The notes beneath the pieces were generated by a model that worked only from the letters and a program-made list of their open reading frames with translations, was not told where the DNA came from and made no database searches. The translations under genes and the position numbers were made by a program. Of a DNA stretch of 64,000 nucleotides, positions 9,715 to 19,936 are shown piece after piece. Location: the NCBI GenBank assembly GCA_965208575.1, contig CBDBOV010000004.1, forward strand, positions 704,001 through 768,000, read 5' to 3'. The stretch comes from Spirochaetia bacterium. Its GTDB lineage: Bacteria > Spirochaetota > Spirochaetia > SZUA-6 > Bin103. Position 1 is the stretch's first letter, and each line of letters starts with the position of its first letter.

Positions 9715-10574
9715 TCAACCTCGATACCGTGCAGGGCGGGCTCGGACGCATCCCGCTGACCACCGTGCTGCCGCTGGCGCGCACGTGCGGCTTCGACACG
9801 GTGACGTTTCCGCTGTGGGAAATCTCCACCGGCGAGCAGGCCCGGGATGCGGCAGCGCGGATACGCGACCACGGCTTGCAGTGGGCGCTGATGCCGATGG
9901 ACATCGACATCATGCGCGAGTGCTCCGACGACCAATACGCCGCCGACCTGCAACGCCTGCAGCGGCAGATGGACCTGGCGCAGGAGGCCGGCGTGCGGCG
10001 CTACTACAACCACGTATGGCCTGGCAGCAACGAACGGGCGTACGACGAGCAATTCGCCTGGTGCGTAGCGCGGTTCGGACCGGTGTTCGAGGCGGCGGGC
10101 GCCCGCGGCATCAAGGCGGGGTTGGAGTTCCTGGGGCCGAAGCCGCTGTGCGACTCGTTCCGCTATCCGTTCATCCGCGGCTTGCGCGAGATGCTCGCCC
10201 TGGCCGATGCGATCGCGCCGCAGGTGGCGGTGCAGTTCGACACCTACCACTGGTTTACCTCCGGCACGACGCTCGAAGAGATCCGGTTGCTCGGCTCCGG
10301 CGACCGCGTGGTCGGCGTACACCTCAATGACGGCTGGGCGGGCCGCGCGCGCGACGAGCAGCAGGACCTGGAGCGCGAGTTGCCGCTCACCACCGGGGTG
10401 ATCGACAGCGTGGCGCCGGTGCGCGTGCTGCACGAACTGGGCTACGACGGGCCGGTGTGGGTGGAGCCGTTCGAGCCGGCTGCCTCGCGGTTGCAGGCGA
10501 TGCCGCTGGAGCAGGCGCTGCGGACGCTCTCCGGCAGCGCGGCCGAGGTGCTGCGCCGCGCCGGCGTGCGCTGA
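9708..10574 (+). CDS. Sugar phosphate isomerase/epimerase (TIM barrel)
   Basis: GLEFLGP, FDTYHW, VHLND, GYDGPVWVEPF motifs. Confidence 0.85.
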   Translation: MLINLDTVQGGLGRIPLTTVLPLARTCGFDTVTFPLWEISTGEQARDAAARIRDHGLQWALMPMDIDIMRECSDDQYAADLQRLQRQMDLAQEAGVRRYYNHVWPGSNERAYDEQFAWCVARFGPVFEAAGARGIKAGLEFLGPKPLCDSFRYPFIRGLREMLALADAIAPQVAVQFDTYHWFTSGTTLEEIRLLGSGDRVVGVHLNDGWAGRARDEQQDLERELPLTTGVIDSVAPVRVLHELGYDGPVWVEPFEPAASRLQAMPLEQALRTLSGSAAEVLRRAGVR

Positions 10575-10598
10575 CCGCGGCATGCAACGAGGTTCACC

Positions 10599-12143
10599 GT
10601 GCACGGCATGAGCACGCCCGCGATCATTCCGCTTCCGGTTGCCATCGATACCGGCTCCGGCGTGCTGCCGATCACCGCGGACACCGCGCTGCAGGCCGAC
10701 CGGGACAGCGCCTCGGCGGCCCGCCTGCTGGCCGGCTGGCTGCCGCCCGTGGACGGACAGCCGCGGCCGGTCAGAACGCTCCGGCCGTCCGCTCGGGCCG
10801 GCTCGATCACATTGACCACCGAGGCCGCCCGCACCGACCTGCGCGACGAGGGCTACGCGCTGTCGGTCACGGCGCGGGGCGCCACGGTCACCGGAGCGAC
10901 GCCGCGCGGCGTGCTGTGGGGCGCGCAAACGCTGCGCCAGCTCCTGGCCCTGCCTGCGCCGGCGGACGCCGGCACCGCGCTGCCGGTGGTCGAAGTCGTC
11001 GACCGCCCGCGGTTTTCCTGGCGCGGCCTGCTCCTGGACGTGGCGCGCCACTTCTACCCGGTGCCGTTCATCGAGCGGCTGGTCGACCTGATGTCGCTGT
11101 ACAAGCTGGGCACGTTCCACTGGCACCTGACCGACGACCAGGGCTGGCGCCTCGAAGTCCGCTCCCGGCCGCGGCTCACCGAGGTTGGCGCGCGGCGCGC
11201 CGCCACGCCCCTGCCGCACGACCACACCCGCTCCGACGGCACCCCCTGCGCCGGCCACTACACGCAGGAGGACGTGCGGCGGGTGGTTGCCTATGCCGCC
11301 GAGCGGGGCGTGACCGTGGTGCCCGAGATCGAGATGCCCGGCCACTCGCAGGCGGCGCTGGCCTGCTACCCGGAACTGGGCTGCACCGGCGCCGGTTGCG
11401 AGGTGGCTACCACTTGGGGCGTCAAGAACGACGTGCTGTGCGCCGGGCGCGAGACCACCTTCGCGTTCCTGGAAGCGGTGCTGGAGGAAGTGCTGGAGCT
11501 GTTTCCGAGCCCGTTCATCCACGTCGGCGGCGACGAGTGTCCGAAGCAGGCGTGGCGCGGCTGCCCCCACTGCCAGGCGCGGATCGCGCGCGAGCGGCTG
11601 GCCGGCGAGGACGAACTGCAGAGTTGGTTTGTCCGCCGCATCTCCGGCTGGCTGGCCGACCGCGGCCGGCGCCTGGTGGGCTGGGACGAGATTCTGGAGG
11701 GCGGGCTGGCGCCCGGGGCCACGGTGATGAGCTGGCGCGGCAGCGCCGGCGGCGTGGCGGCCGCGCGGGCCGGCCACGACGTGGTGATGTCGCCCAACAC
11801 GCATTGCTACTTCGACTACTACCAGTCACCGGACACCGCCAACGAGCCGCCGGCGATCGGCGGCCACCTGCCGCTGGACCAGGTGTTTTCGTTCGAACCG
11901 GTGCCGCCGGCGCTCGCCGATCACGCGGCGCACGTGCTCGGCGTGCAGGGCAACATCTGGACCGAGTACATCGCCGGCGAGTCGCACGTGGAATACATGG
12001 CGTTTCCGCGTGCCCTGGCGCTTGCCGACGTGGCGTGGACCCCGGCGCAGTCGCGCTCCCTTGCCGACTTCAGTTGCCGGCTGGACGCGCACCGGCCGCT
12101 ACTCGACCGGCTGGTCGTCAACTATCGCCCCTGGGAGCGGTGA
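10599..12143 (+). CDS. Beta-N-acetylhexosaminidase (GH20)
   Basis: LDVARHF, HWHLTDDQGWR, PEIEMPGH, HVGGDE catalytic motif, WTEYI. Confidence 0.95.
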   Translation: MHGMSTPAIIPLPVAIDTGSGVLPITADTALQADRDSASAARLLAGWLPPVDGQPRPVRTLRPSARAGSITLTTEAARTDLRDEGYALSVTARGATVTGATPRGVLWGAQTLRQLLALPAPADAGTALPVVEVVDRPRFSWRGLLLDVARHFYPVPFIERLVDLMSLYKLGTFHWHLTDDQGWRLEVRSRPRLTEVGARRAATPLPHDHTRSDGTPCAGHYTQEDVRRVVAYAAERGVTVVPEIEMPGHSQAALACYPELGCTGAGCEVATTWGVKNDVLCAGRETTFAFLEAVLEEVLELFPSPFIHVGGDECPKQAWRGCPHCQARIARERLAGEDELQSWFVRRISGWLADRGRRLVGWDEILEGGLAPGATVMSWRGSAGGVAAARAGHDVVMSPNTHCYFDYYQSPDTANEPPAIGGHLPLDQVFSFEPVPPALADHAAHVLGVQGNIWTEYIAGESHVEYMAFPRALALADVAWTPAQSRSLADFSCRLDAHRPLLDRLVVNYRPWER

Positions 12144-12290
12144 GCGAGTATCGACGGCGCCAGCACGTAGGTGCCCGGTGAGACCAGCCCGTGAGCGCCT
12201 GGCGGGCGGCCTTCGCCACCGCCCCGGATTGGCAGTCGCCGGACGTGCGCCACCGGTAAGCCCGCTCCGTGAGCCGGTCGGCGCGCTCCG

Positions 12291-13343
12291 CTACACCGCG
12301 GTCGGTGCGGCCGCCACCCGGACGGCGGCGAGCGCCTGCTCGGCGGCGCGCAGCGTGGCGTCGATGTCGTCGCGCTCGATGCCGAGGTGGGTGACCATGC
12401 GCAGCTCGGAATCGCCCGGGTTGATCAGCACGCCGCGCGCGTGCAACTCGTCGGCGACTCGGTTGCCGGTCCCCGCCGGCACGCCGAAGTAGACGATATT
12501 GGTCTGGATCATCGCCGGATCCACGCGCACTCCCTCGATCTGCACGAGGCCTTCGGCGAGCAGCCGCGCGTGGTGATGGTCGTCGGCCAGGCGTTCGATC
12601 ATGGTGTCCAGCGCCACCAGGCCGGCGGCCGCCAGCACCCCGACCTGGCGCATGCCGGCACCCAGGATCTTGCGCCAGCGGGTCGCCTCGTCGATGAAGT
12701 CGCGCCCGCCGCACACCACGCTGCCCACCGGACACGCCAGGCCCTTCGACAGGCACACCGTCACCGAATCTGCCCCCGCGGCCAATTCCGCGGCCGGCGT
12801 GTTCAGGGCCACGGCCGCGTTGAACAGCCGCGCCCCGTCCAGGTGCACGCCGAGGCCGGCGGCGCGCGCCGCGCCGGTCATGGCAGCGATCTGTGCCGTG
12901 TCCAGCGCCCGCCCGGAGCTGGCGTTGTGCGTGTTTTCGATGCACAGCAGGCGGGTACGCGGGCAGTGGTAGTCGTCCGGCTTCACCGCCGCGGCGATCG
13001 CCTCCGGCGCCAGCTCGCCGTAGGCGTTGGTCGGCAGCGGGAACAGCACCACGCCGCCGAGCACCGACGTGCCGCCGGCCTCGTGCTCGAAGATGTGCGA
13101 CTGATCGCCGAGCAGGACCTCCTCGCCGCGCCGCGTCTGCGCCAGCACCGACACCAGGTTGCCCTGCGTGCCGGAGGCCACGAACAGGCCCGCCTCCTTG
13201 CCGAGCAGCGCCGCCATCCGCTCCTGCAGGCGGTTCACGGTGGGATCGTCGCCGTACACGTCGTCGCCGAGTTCGGCGTCGTACATGGCGCGCCGCATCT
13301 CGCGGCTCGGGTGGGTCACGGTGTCGCTGCGCAGGTCAATCAT
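12291..13343 (-). CDS. ltaE: Low-specificity L-threonine aldolase
   Basis: IDLRSDTVT, GDDVYGDDPTV, HLDGARLFNA, CLSKGL. Confidence 0.93.
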   Translation of the reverse strand: MIDLRSDTVTHPSREMRRAMYDAELGDDVYGDDPTVNRLQERMAALLGKEAGLFVASGTQGNLVSVLAQTRRGEEVLLGDQSHIFEHEAGGTSVLGGVVLFPLPTNAYGELAPEAIAAAVKPDDYHCPRTRLLCIENTHNASSGRALDTAQIAAMTGAARAAGLGVHLDGARLFNAAVALNTPAAELAAGADSVTVCLSKGLACPVGSVVCGGRDFIDEATRWRKILGAGMRQVGVLAAAGLVALDTMIERLADDHHHARLLAEGLVQIEGVRVDPAMIQTNIVYFGVPAGTGNRVADELHARGVLINPGDSELRMVTHLGIERDDIDATLRAAEQALAAVRVAAAPTAV

Positions 13344-13419
13344 CGCGCCCCGAATTGTGGCGCGCGGTGGCTCCGTCCGGCAAGAGCGCGGCGTGACGGC
13401 CTGCGCCCCCGCGGCGGCG

Positions 13420-14208
13420 CTACGCGGAGGCCCCCGAGTAGCGCTTCAGTCCGTGCCGCCACAGGAGACGCGAGGCGACCAGGGTCAACAGCGCCACGCC
13501 CAGCGCCAGCGCCACGCGCCCGGCGGTGAGCCGCCCTACCGCCGCCTCGGCCGGCACGGTAACCGCAATCGCCACCGGTACGATGAAGGTGAGGATGAAG
13601 CGCAGCCACTGCGGATAGATGCCGATCGGCCAGCGCGCCGCCTGGTAGACGTCGCCGAACACCGCGAAGATGTTCTCGATGCGCAGGAACCAGAACGACA
13701 CCGACGCCATTGCCACGAAGAAGCTGTAGATGATCGCGGCGCCGGCCAGCAGCATGAGCAGGAACCCGGCGGCATCGACAACCCCGACCGCGCCGCCGTG
13801 CCGCACCAGCGCCACCGCCAGCACCACCACGCCGAGCGCCACGTCGACCAGCTTCCACACCCGGATGTCCACGATGCTGGTCAGGAACTGGGCATCGATC
13901 GGCTTGGTCAGCGTGTAGTCGAGCGTGCCGAGGTGGATATCCTCGATCAGCGCCGCCATGCCCGGCTCGATTACCCCGCCCATGGCCGCGCTCATCAAAA
14001 GGTATACGCCGAGCACCGCCAGCACCTCGTCCTGTCCCCACCCGCCGAGACTCTCGGTGTGACCGAACACCACCAGCAGGCCGCCGATCGCCGCACCCAC
14101 CGCCACCGCCGACTGCAGCATCTGCAGGTACAGGTTGGCCCGGTACGCGAATTCGTTCAGCAGCCCTATCTTGAAGAACGTCCAGGCGACCCGCAGCGCA
14201 TGTATCAT
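13420..14208 (-). CDS. ABC-2 type transporter permease
   Basis: YRAN, GTLDYTLTKPIDAQF, WPIGIYP, YSGAS C-terminus. Confidence 0.9.
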   Translation of the reverse strand: MIHALRVAWTFFKIGLLNEFAYRANLYLQMLQSAVAVGAAIGGLLVVFGHTESLGGWGQDEVLAVLGVYLLMSAAMGGVIEPGMAALIEDIHLGTLDYTLTKPIDAQFLTSIVDIRVWKLVDVALGVVVLAVALVRHGGAVGVVDAAGFLLMLLAGAAIIYSFFVAMASVSFWFLRIENIFAVFGDVYQAARWPIGIYPQWLRFILTFIVPVAIAVTVPAEAAVGRLTAGRVALALGVALLTLVASRLLWRHGLKRYSGASA

Positions 14209-14233
14209 TGGTCACCGCCCACCGTGATTGTGC

Positions 14234-14305
14234 TCACGTCCAGCCCCGGTGAGGCAGCCTTATCTTGATGAAGAACGTCCAGGCGACCCGCAGCGCGTGC
14301 AGCAT
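14234..14305 (-). repeat. Diverged copy of the 5' end of the downstream permease (mini-ORF MLHALRVAWTFFIKIRLPHRGWT*)
   Basis: 14256-14305 closely matches 14161-14208. Confidence 0.85.
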
Positions 14306-14309
14306 CAGC

Positions 14310-15101
14310 TCAGTTTCCTACCGCCGTGAACTTGCGTACGCCGAGGCGCCAGACTGCCTGCACCAGGACCACCCCCACCACCAGCCACAGCGCCAGCATC
14401 TGGAACCCGGTAACGATGGTGGCATGGTCGAGGCGGTTCAGGAACAGCTCGACCGGGAACCAGACCGTCCAGCGGAACGGCAGATACCAGCTCAACCGCT
14501 CCAGCCACGGGGGCATCAGGTCCAGCGGCGCCAGCCGCCCGGAAAAGAACAGCACCAGCATGAAGTAGATCTGGTTGAGCGCAGCGGTACGGGTGGTCCA
14601 GAACCCCGACAGTGCGAATGCCCAATCCACGAACATGCGAATGCAGTAGGCGCCCACCAGGGCCGCCGCGCCGAGCGCCACGGATGCCGGCTGGAACCCG
14701 AACGCCGGCTCGAACAGGAAGGTAAGCAGGATCGCCACCGGCACCAGGATGGTCAGCGTCAGGATCTTGTAGCCGATATTGTCGGCGATGTCGGCGTGGA
14801 TGGGATGGATCGGCCGGAGCAGCATCACGGCCAGCTCGCCATTGCGGATCCGCCATTCGAACTCGAAGATGATCCATGTGAAGGTGAGCTGGTTGACCAC
14901 CATCAGCACGATGAAGTAGGCGGCGAAGTCGGCGGCCCCGTAGCCGCCCACCTCGCCGCGGGCGATGGCGACCGTCCTCCACACCACCAGGAACACCGTC
15001 GGCTCGACGATGCGGTTGATCATCCATATCGCCATGGCGACGCGGTACTGGAACTGCAGGGCGATCGAGGTCTTGAGGTATACCCAGTAGATGGCCAGCA
15101 C
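14310..15101 (-). CDS. ABC-2 type transporter permease
   Basis: FQYR, IRNGELAVMLLRPIHP, SGRLAPL, FTAVGN C-terminus. Confidence 0.9.
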   Translation of the reverse strand: MLAIYWVYLKTSIALQFQYRVAMAIWMINRIVEPTVFLVVWRTVAIARGEVGGYGAADFAAYFIVLMVVNQLTFTWIIFEFEWRIRNGELAVMLLRPIHPIHADIADNIGYKILTLTILVPVAILLTFLFEPAFGFQPASVALGAAALVGAYCIRMFVDWAFALSGFWTTRTAALNQIYFMLVLFFSGRLAPLDLMPPWLERLSWYLPFRWTVWFPVELFLNRLDHATIVTGFQMLALWLVVGVVLVQAVWRLGVRKFTAVGN

Positions 15102-15113
15102 GGGCTGCCAGGC

Positions 15114-16106
15114 TTACGCGCGCTGCTCGGAGCGGTCCAGGCCGCCGGCGAACACCTGCTCGATCACGTCCTCGATCGGCGGATCCTCGATGGTGATGTC
15201 GATCACCGGCAGGTCGGCAAGCAGGCGTCCGGTGACCTGCGCCGCCTGCGACTTCGGCACCCGCAGCGTGTGACGCAGGCCCTCGCACGCGACCACCTCG
15301 CCATAGCGCGACAGGTCGGCGCTGTCCTGTCTCACCTCGACCACCACCGTCTTGAGCGGTGAGAAGCGTGCCACCAGGTCGGCGAGCTCGCCGTCGAACA
15401 GTATGCGCCCATGGTCGATAACGATGATGCGCTTGCACAGCGCCTCGACGTCGGCCATGTAGTGGCTGGTAAGCAGCACGGTGGTGCCGTGCAGCCGGTT
15501 GTGCTCGGCCAGGAACTGCCGGATGCGGCGCTGCATGGTCACGTCCAGCCCGATGGTGGGCTCGTCCAGGAACAGCACCTCGGGGCGATGCACCAGCGCC
15601 ACCGCGATCTCGCACTTCATGCGCTCGCCGAGCGACAGGTTGCGCGCCGGCCGCTCCAGCAGCTCGCCCAGCTCCAGCAGCTCGGTCAGTTCGTCCAGGG
15701 TACGCCGGTAGTCGGCGACCGGCACGCGGTACACCACCCGGTTGCGCTCCAGGGAGTCGATTACCGGTATGTCCCAGATGAGCTGGTTGCGCTGCCCCAT
15801 CACCAGCGTGATGCGGCTCAGGAACGCGCGCTCGCGCTTCGACGGGACGTGACCGAGCACCGCCGCGTGCCCGGCGGTCGGGAACAGCAGGCCGGACAGC
15901 ATCTTCAGGGTGGTGGTCTTGCCGGCGCCGTTGGGACCCACGAAGCCGACGAACTCTCCCGGTCGGAGCGCGAACGACACCTCGGCAACCGCCGGCACCG
16001 AGCGGGTGCGGCGCGCGAACAGGCTGCGTGCAGCGGCGGCCAGACCCGCCTCCCGCTCCGGAACCACGTACGTCTTGGTCAGTTCCCGTACGTCTACGGC
16101 GAACAT
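15114..16106 (-). CDS. ABC transporter ATP-binding protein
   Basis: GPNGAGKTT, LSLGERMKCE, FLDEPTIGLD, TSH; start refined to ATG 16106. Confidence 0.93.
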   Translation of the reverse strand: MFAVDVRELTKTYVVPEREAGLAAAARSLFARRTRSVPAVAEVSFALRPGEFVGFVGPNGAGKTTTLKMLSGLLFPTAGHAAVLGHVPSKRERAFLSRITLVMGQRNQLIWDIPVIDSLERNRVVYRVPVADYRRTLDELTELLELGELLERPARNLSLGERMKCEIAVALVHRPEVLFLDEPTIGLDVTMQRRIRQFLAEHNRLHGTTVLLTSHYMADVEALCKRIIVIDHGRILFDGELADLVARFSPLKTVVVEVRQDSADLSRYGEVVACEGLRHTLRVPKSQAAQVTGRLLADLPVIDITIEDPPIEDVIEQVFAGGLDRSEQRA

Positions 16107-16126
16107 CGTCGGTGCCGCGGCATCGG

Positions 16127-17398
16127 CTACAAGGCGGCGCGCAGCAGCGCGCGGATGTCCCGCGCCAGCGCGCTGTAGCGGGTGGTCCCGGGCGGCAGCC
16201 GATTGGTCTCCAGGCGGCGGCCGTTGACGAACACGGAGGGGGTTCCCTGCACGCCGGCCTGCACCGCCTCGTCGATGTCGCGCCTGATGTGGCGGGCGGT
16301 GTCCTCGCTCTGCAGGTCGGCCAGGAATGCCTCGACATCGGCGATGCCGGCCTCCTCGGCGTTGGCCAGCACGCGTGCCGGAGCGTGGTTCTGGAAGTGC
16401 TCGTACAGCAGCAGGTGGAAGTCCAGGAATCGATCCTGCTTGTGCGCCGCGTAGGCGGCCGCGGCTGCCACGCAGGAGGAGCTGACCTGCTCGCGGCCCA
16501 TGTAGGGATTGCAGGTGGCATCGAGGGGGAAGAACTTGAACACCACGCGCACGTCGCCGGGGAAGTCCTCCGCCAGTTGCAGCGCCTCGGGATCGAAACT
16601 GCGGCAGTGGGAGCAGTTGTAGTCGCCGAACACGACCACCTGTACGGGCGCGTCGGCGGGACCGACGCCGGGCGAGTCGGCGAGCGCGAACTGCTGCGTG
16701 GTGCGGCCCAGGTAGAGCGAAGTGGCGCCGAGGGCGCCGGCCGCGGAGCTGGCCGACCGGCCGGCGAGGCCGATGGCGCTGGTCTCCAGGGCCAGCGTCG
16801 CGCCGGCCGCAACGACGCCTCCGGCAGCCAGGGCCAGAGCCGCCGAGCCGACGGCGGTTCCCGGCCCGCGCGCCTGGCGTCCTCCGCCGGCCGCGGCGCC
16901 GGCCCGGCCGCGGCGCCACAACAGCACCGCGAACAGCGCGAAGGTCACCAGTTGCAGCGCCGCACAGTACAGGCACAGCGCCTCGATAACCACCGCCGCG
17001 ATCACCAGCAGCGCCAGCGCCGCGACCGCGGACAGCCCGCTCAGGACGGTCGCGACATCCAGGTTCACCGCCGCCAGGCGCCGGAACGGGCGCAGCAGCG
17101 GCAGCGCGAGCAGGACCCCCATCGCCCCGTACACGGCCAGCGCCACGGCCGAGATCGGCACTCCCGCCACGGCCGCGAAGCGCGATTCGCTGACCCGGTC
17201 GCAGTCCACGTAGCTGGAAATGCTGCAACCGCTCACCTGGCCGGCCACGACGTGCCGGAAGTAGCTGCTGGTCAGGACGACGGTCAACACGAGACCGGCG
17301 ACGACCAGCAAGAGGGCGGTCCATGCCAGCGGACCGCCCGCTCTCGCGGGCGGTGATGCGGGCCGATTGCCTGATGAACGGTGGGGTCGCTGCGCCAT
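16127..17398 (-). CDS. VKOR-DsbA/thioredoxin fusion protein
   Basis: VKOR loop cysteines and CLYC; DsbA domain CSHC and GTP cis-Pro motif. Confidence 0.88.
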   Translation of the reverse strand: MAQRPHRSSGNRPASPPARAGGPLAWTALLLVVAGLVLTVVLTSSYFRHVVAGQVSGCSISSYVDCDRVSESRFAAVAGVPISAVALAVYGAMGVLLALPLLRPFRRLAAVNLDVATVLSGLSAVAALALLVIAAVVIEALCLYCAALQLVTFALFAVLLWRRGRAGAAAGGGRQARGPGTAVGSAALALAAGGVVAAGATLALETSAIGLAGRSASSAAGALGATSLYLGRTTQQFALADSPGVGPADAPVQVVVFGDYNCSHCRSFDPEALQLAEDFPGDVRVVFKFFPLDATCNPYMGREQVSSSCVAAAAAYAAHKQDRFLDFHLLLYEHFQNHAPARVLANAEEAGIADVEAFLADLQSEDTARHIRRDIDEAVQAGVQGTPSVFVNGRRLETNRLPPGTTRYSALARDIRALLRAAL

Positions 17399-17705
17399 TG
17401 GCTAACAAGGTCGCAGCCTCGCCGGGCCGCGTCAAGATGAAGTCGCCGACCCCGCCGGCCCGCATGCAAACAAACCTGCGCGCTTGCTTGACGGATGGTC
17501 ATGCTACGCTCACACTACCGACCAACGACGCGGCGCCGGGTTGGTCGGCGGCGGATCGGAACGGCGGGTTTATGTGGATTGAATATGAACAATTTGTCTA
17601 TCGTCATGCGCCGGCGCGGCCATTCCGGCGCATGCCGGACGGCCAGGGACCGAGACGCCAGCGACGTGGTTGGACGACACTCCCCGGACAGGACAGCTCT
17701 GACTG

Positions 17706-17936
17706 ATGCCGCGTGCTGACCGGGGGGCAAGAAACATCAATACCAGGGTTCGCGACCTGGTGGCCGATCTCGAAGCGGCGGTAGACGATGCGGAATTGAT
17801 CGTCGACCAGCACCTGCTCGACCGGATCACCAATCTCAACCAGGTGTTCGCGACGCTTCACCGGCAGGGCCCGCAACGGCTGCGCCAGGCGCGCTCCGCC
17901 ACTTCCCGCCGGCGGACCAAGCGCGACGCAAGCTGA
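17706..17936 (+). CDS. Small hypothetical helical protein
   Basis: 76-aa ORF with protein-like composition in an otherwise empty intergenic gap; TGATG-coupled to a 44-aa ORF (17572-17706). Confidence 0.45.
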   Translation: MPRADRGARNINTRVRDLVADLEAAVDDAELIVDQHLLDRITNLNQVFATLHRQGPQRLRQARSATSRRRTKRDAS

Positions 17937-18017
17937 CCGGCGCCGGGCGGCCGGCCGCTATCCCGCCGCCGCCGTGATGCTGCCGTTGCGCGGGTCGCCG
18001 CTGCCGGGGTCGCGGCC

Positions 18018-19439
18018 GTGAACTTCGCCTGGGAACTGTTCGTCGACCTCGGGATCATCGCGGCCGCGCTGGTCATCGCTACGCTGCTGCGCGCCCGGGT
18101 GCGGTTCTTCCAATCCTTCCTCATTCCCAACGCGATCATCGCCGGCCTGTTGCTGCTGCCGTTCTACAACTGGGTCGCACCGCTTCTCGGCATCGGCCGC
18201 GACGGTTTGCAGGACCTGGTCTTCCACCTGCTCAACCTCACCTTCATCGCCATCGCCCTGCGCCCAAGTCCGCCGCGGCAGCGGTCCCGGGCCGTCCTCG
18301 GCACCGCCACCGTGATCATCTCGCAGTTCGCCCTGCAGGGCCTGTTCGGTCTGGGCCTGACCTTCCTGTTCATCGTCCTGCCGATGCTGCCGGCGCTGTT
18401 TCCGAGCTACGGGTTCCTGGTCACGCTCGGCTACGTGCTCGGGCCGGGGCAGGCGTTCTCGATCGGGCTGAGCTGGCAGCCGCTGGGATTTGCCGACGCC
18501 GCCAGCCTGGGGCTGATCTTCGGCGCCACCGGGTTCCTGGTGGCGTGCTTCGGCGGGCTGGCGCTGATCAACCTCGGCATGCGCCGCGGCTACCTCAAGC
18601 TGGACGCCGGCGAGATCCGCGCCCGGCGTTCCGAGCCGGGGCTGCTTGCGCCCGGCGAACCGCGGCCGGTCGGTCTGCGGCAGACCACGCGCAGCGAAGC
18701 GATCGACACGCTGTCGCTCATGCTGGCGGCGGTGTTCGGCGTCTACCTGCTCACCTACCTGCTGCTGCGCGGTCTCACGGGCGTGCTGATGCCGCTCGGC
18801 GGCGCGGTGGCACAGATCGCCGAGGGACTGTGGGGCATAGCCTTCGTGTTCGGCCTGCTGGTGGCGCTGCTGCTGAGAGCGGTGCTGCGCGCTACCGGGT
18901 GGGACCACCTGCTGGAGGAGCGCGGACTGACGCGGATCAGCGGCGGTGCGGTGGACTTCATGGTGGCGGCGGCCCTCGGCGCCATCGCGATCAGCGTGGT
19001 GCGCACCAACTGGCTGCCGATCGTCGTGTTCGCGCTGCTGATGGCCGCGCTGGCGGCGCTGTCGATCATGTGGCTCGGGTCGCGCCTGTTCGCGGGCGAC
19101 TTTGCGTTCGAACGCGTGGTGCTGTTCTGGGGCACGCTGACCGGAACTCTGAGTACCGGTCTGGCGCTGCTGCGCGCGGTAGACCCGGAGTTCAAGACGC
19201 CGGCCGCCTCCGACTACCTGTATGCCTCCGCGCTCACCTTCTTCCTGGTACTGCCGCTGATCCTGGTGGCGGGGTTCCCGGCGCTCGCGTACGCCAACGG
19301 CAACCGCACGCTCTACCTGGTCACGGTGGCGGTGCTGCTGCTGTACGTGGCGCTGGTCGCGGCCGCCCACGCGCTGCTGTGCCGGCGGGCCGGGCGGCGC
19401 GGATTCGCCGGCCTTGCGCGCCTGTGGAGCGCGGACTAG
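18018..19439 (+). CDS. Sodium:glutamate symporter (GltS-like)
   Basis: FLIPNAIIAG, GPGQAFSIG, GTLTGTLSTGLALLRAVDPEF motifs. Confidence 0.85.
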   Translation: MNFAWELFVDLGIIAAALVIATLLRARVRFFQSFLIPNAIIAGLLLLPFYNWVAPLLGIGRDGLQDLVFHLLNLTFIAIALRPSPPRQRSRAVLGTATVIISQFALQGLFGLGLTFLFIVLPMLPALFPSYGFLVTLGYVLGPGQAFSIGLSWQPLGFADAASLGLIFGATGFLVACFGGLALINLGMRRGYLKLDAGEIRARRSEPGLLAPGEPRPVGLRQTTRSEAIDTLSLMLAAVFGVYLLTYLLLRGLTGVLMPLGGAVAQIAEGLWGIAFVFGLLVALLLRAVLRATGWDHLLEERGLTRISGGAVDFMVAAALGAIAISVVRTNWLPIVVFALLMAALAALSIMWLGSRLFAGDFAFERVVLFWGTLTGTLSTGLALLRAVDPEFKTPAASDYLYASALTFFLVLPLILVAGFPALAYANGNRTLYLVTVAVLLLYVALVAAAHALLCRRAGRRGFAGLARLWSAD

Positions 19440-19530
19440 CAGCGGCCGCCGGCGACAGCCCCGCGCTGCCGCGGCCGCTCCTCGCCGCGGAGCGACCGCC
19501 GGATGCCGGCGCACGGGGCCGCCGAGAGGC

Positions 19531-19905
19531 TCACCCCCCGGCGCGCTTCGCCGGCCAGCCGCGGGCGGCAAGCTCGGCGACCAGCAGGTCGCGATGGTCG
19601 CCCTGGATCTCGATGGTCCCGTCCCGGACCGTTCCCCCGGAGCCGCAGCGGCGCTTCAGTTCGCTGGCCAGTTGCGACAGTTCCACGGCGCTCAGAGGCA
19701 GTCCGGTAATCACCGTCACCCCGCTGCCCTTGCGGCCCCTGGTCTGCCGTCCGACCCGCACCGGGCCCGCCGCCGGCGGGCGCCGCGTACGCCGCTCCCC
19801 GGCACACGTGCACCGCGCCACCGGACGCCCACAGGCCCGGCACAGCCGCCCTTGGTCGCTGGAGTAGACAAAGCCGTCGCCGCCGCGCCGGCGGGAGCGA
19901 CTCAT
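19531..19905 (-). CDS. yciH: Translation initiation factor SUI1/YciH homolog
   Basis: GRKGSGVTVITGL, LKRRCGSGGTV, IEIQGDHRD. Confidence 0.92.
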   Translation of the reverse strand: MSRSRRRGGDGFVYSSDQGRLCRACGRPVARCTCAGERRTRRPPAAGPVRVGRQTRGRKGSGVTVITGLPLSAVELSQLASELKRRCGSGGTVRDGTIEIQGDHRDLLVAELAARGWPAKRAGG

Positions 19906-19936
19906 CGCGGCACCGGCGGCACGCGCGGGTGCCCTG

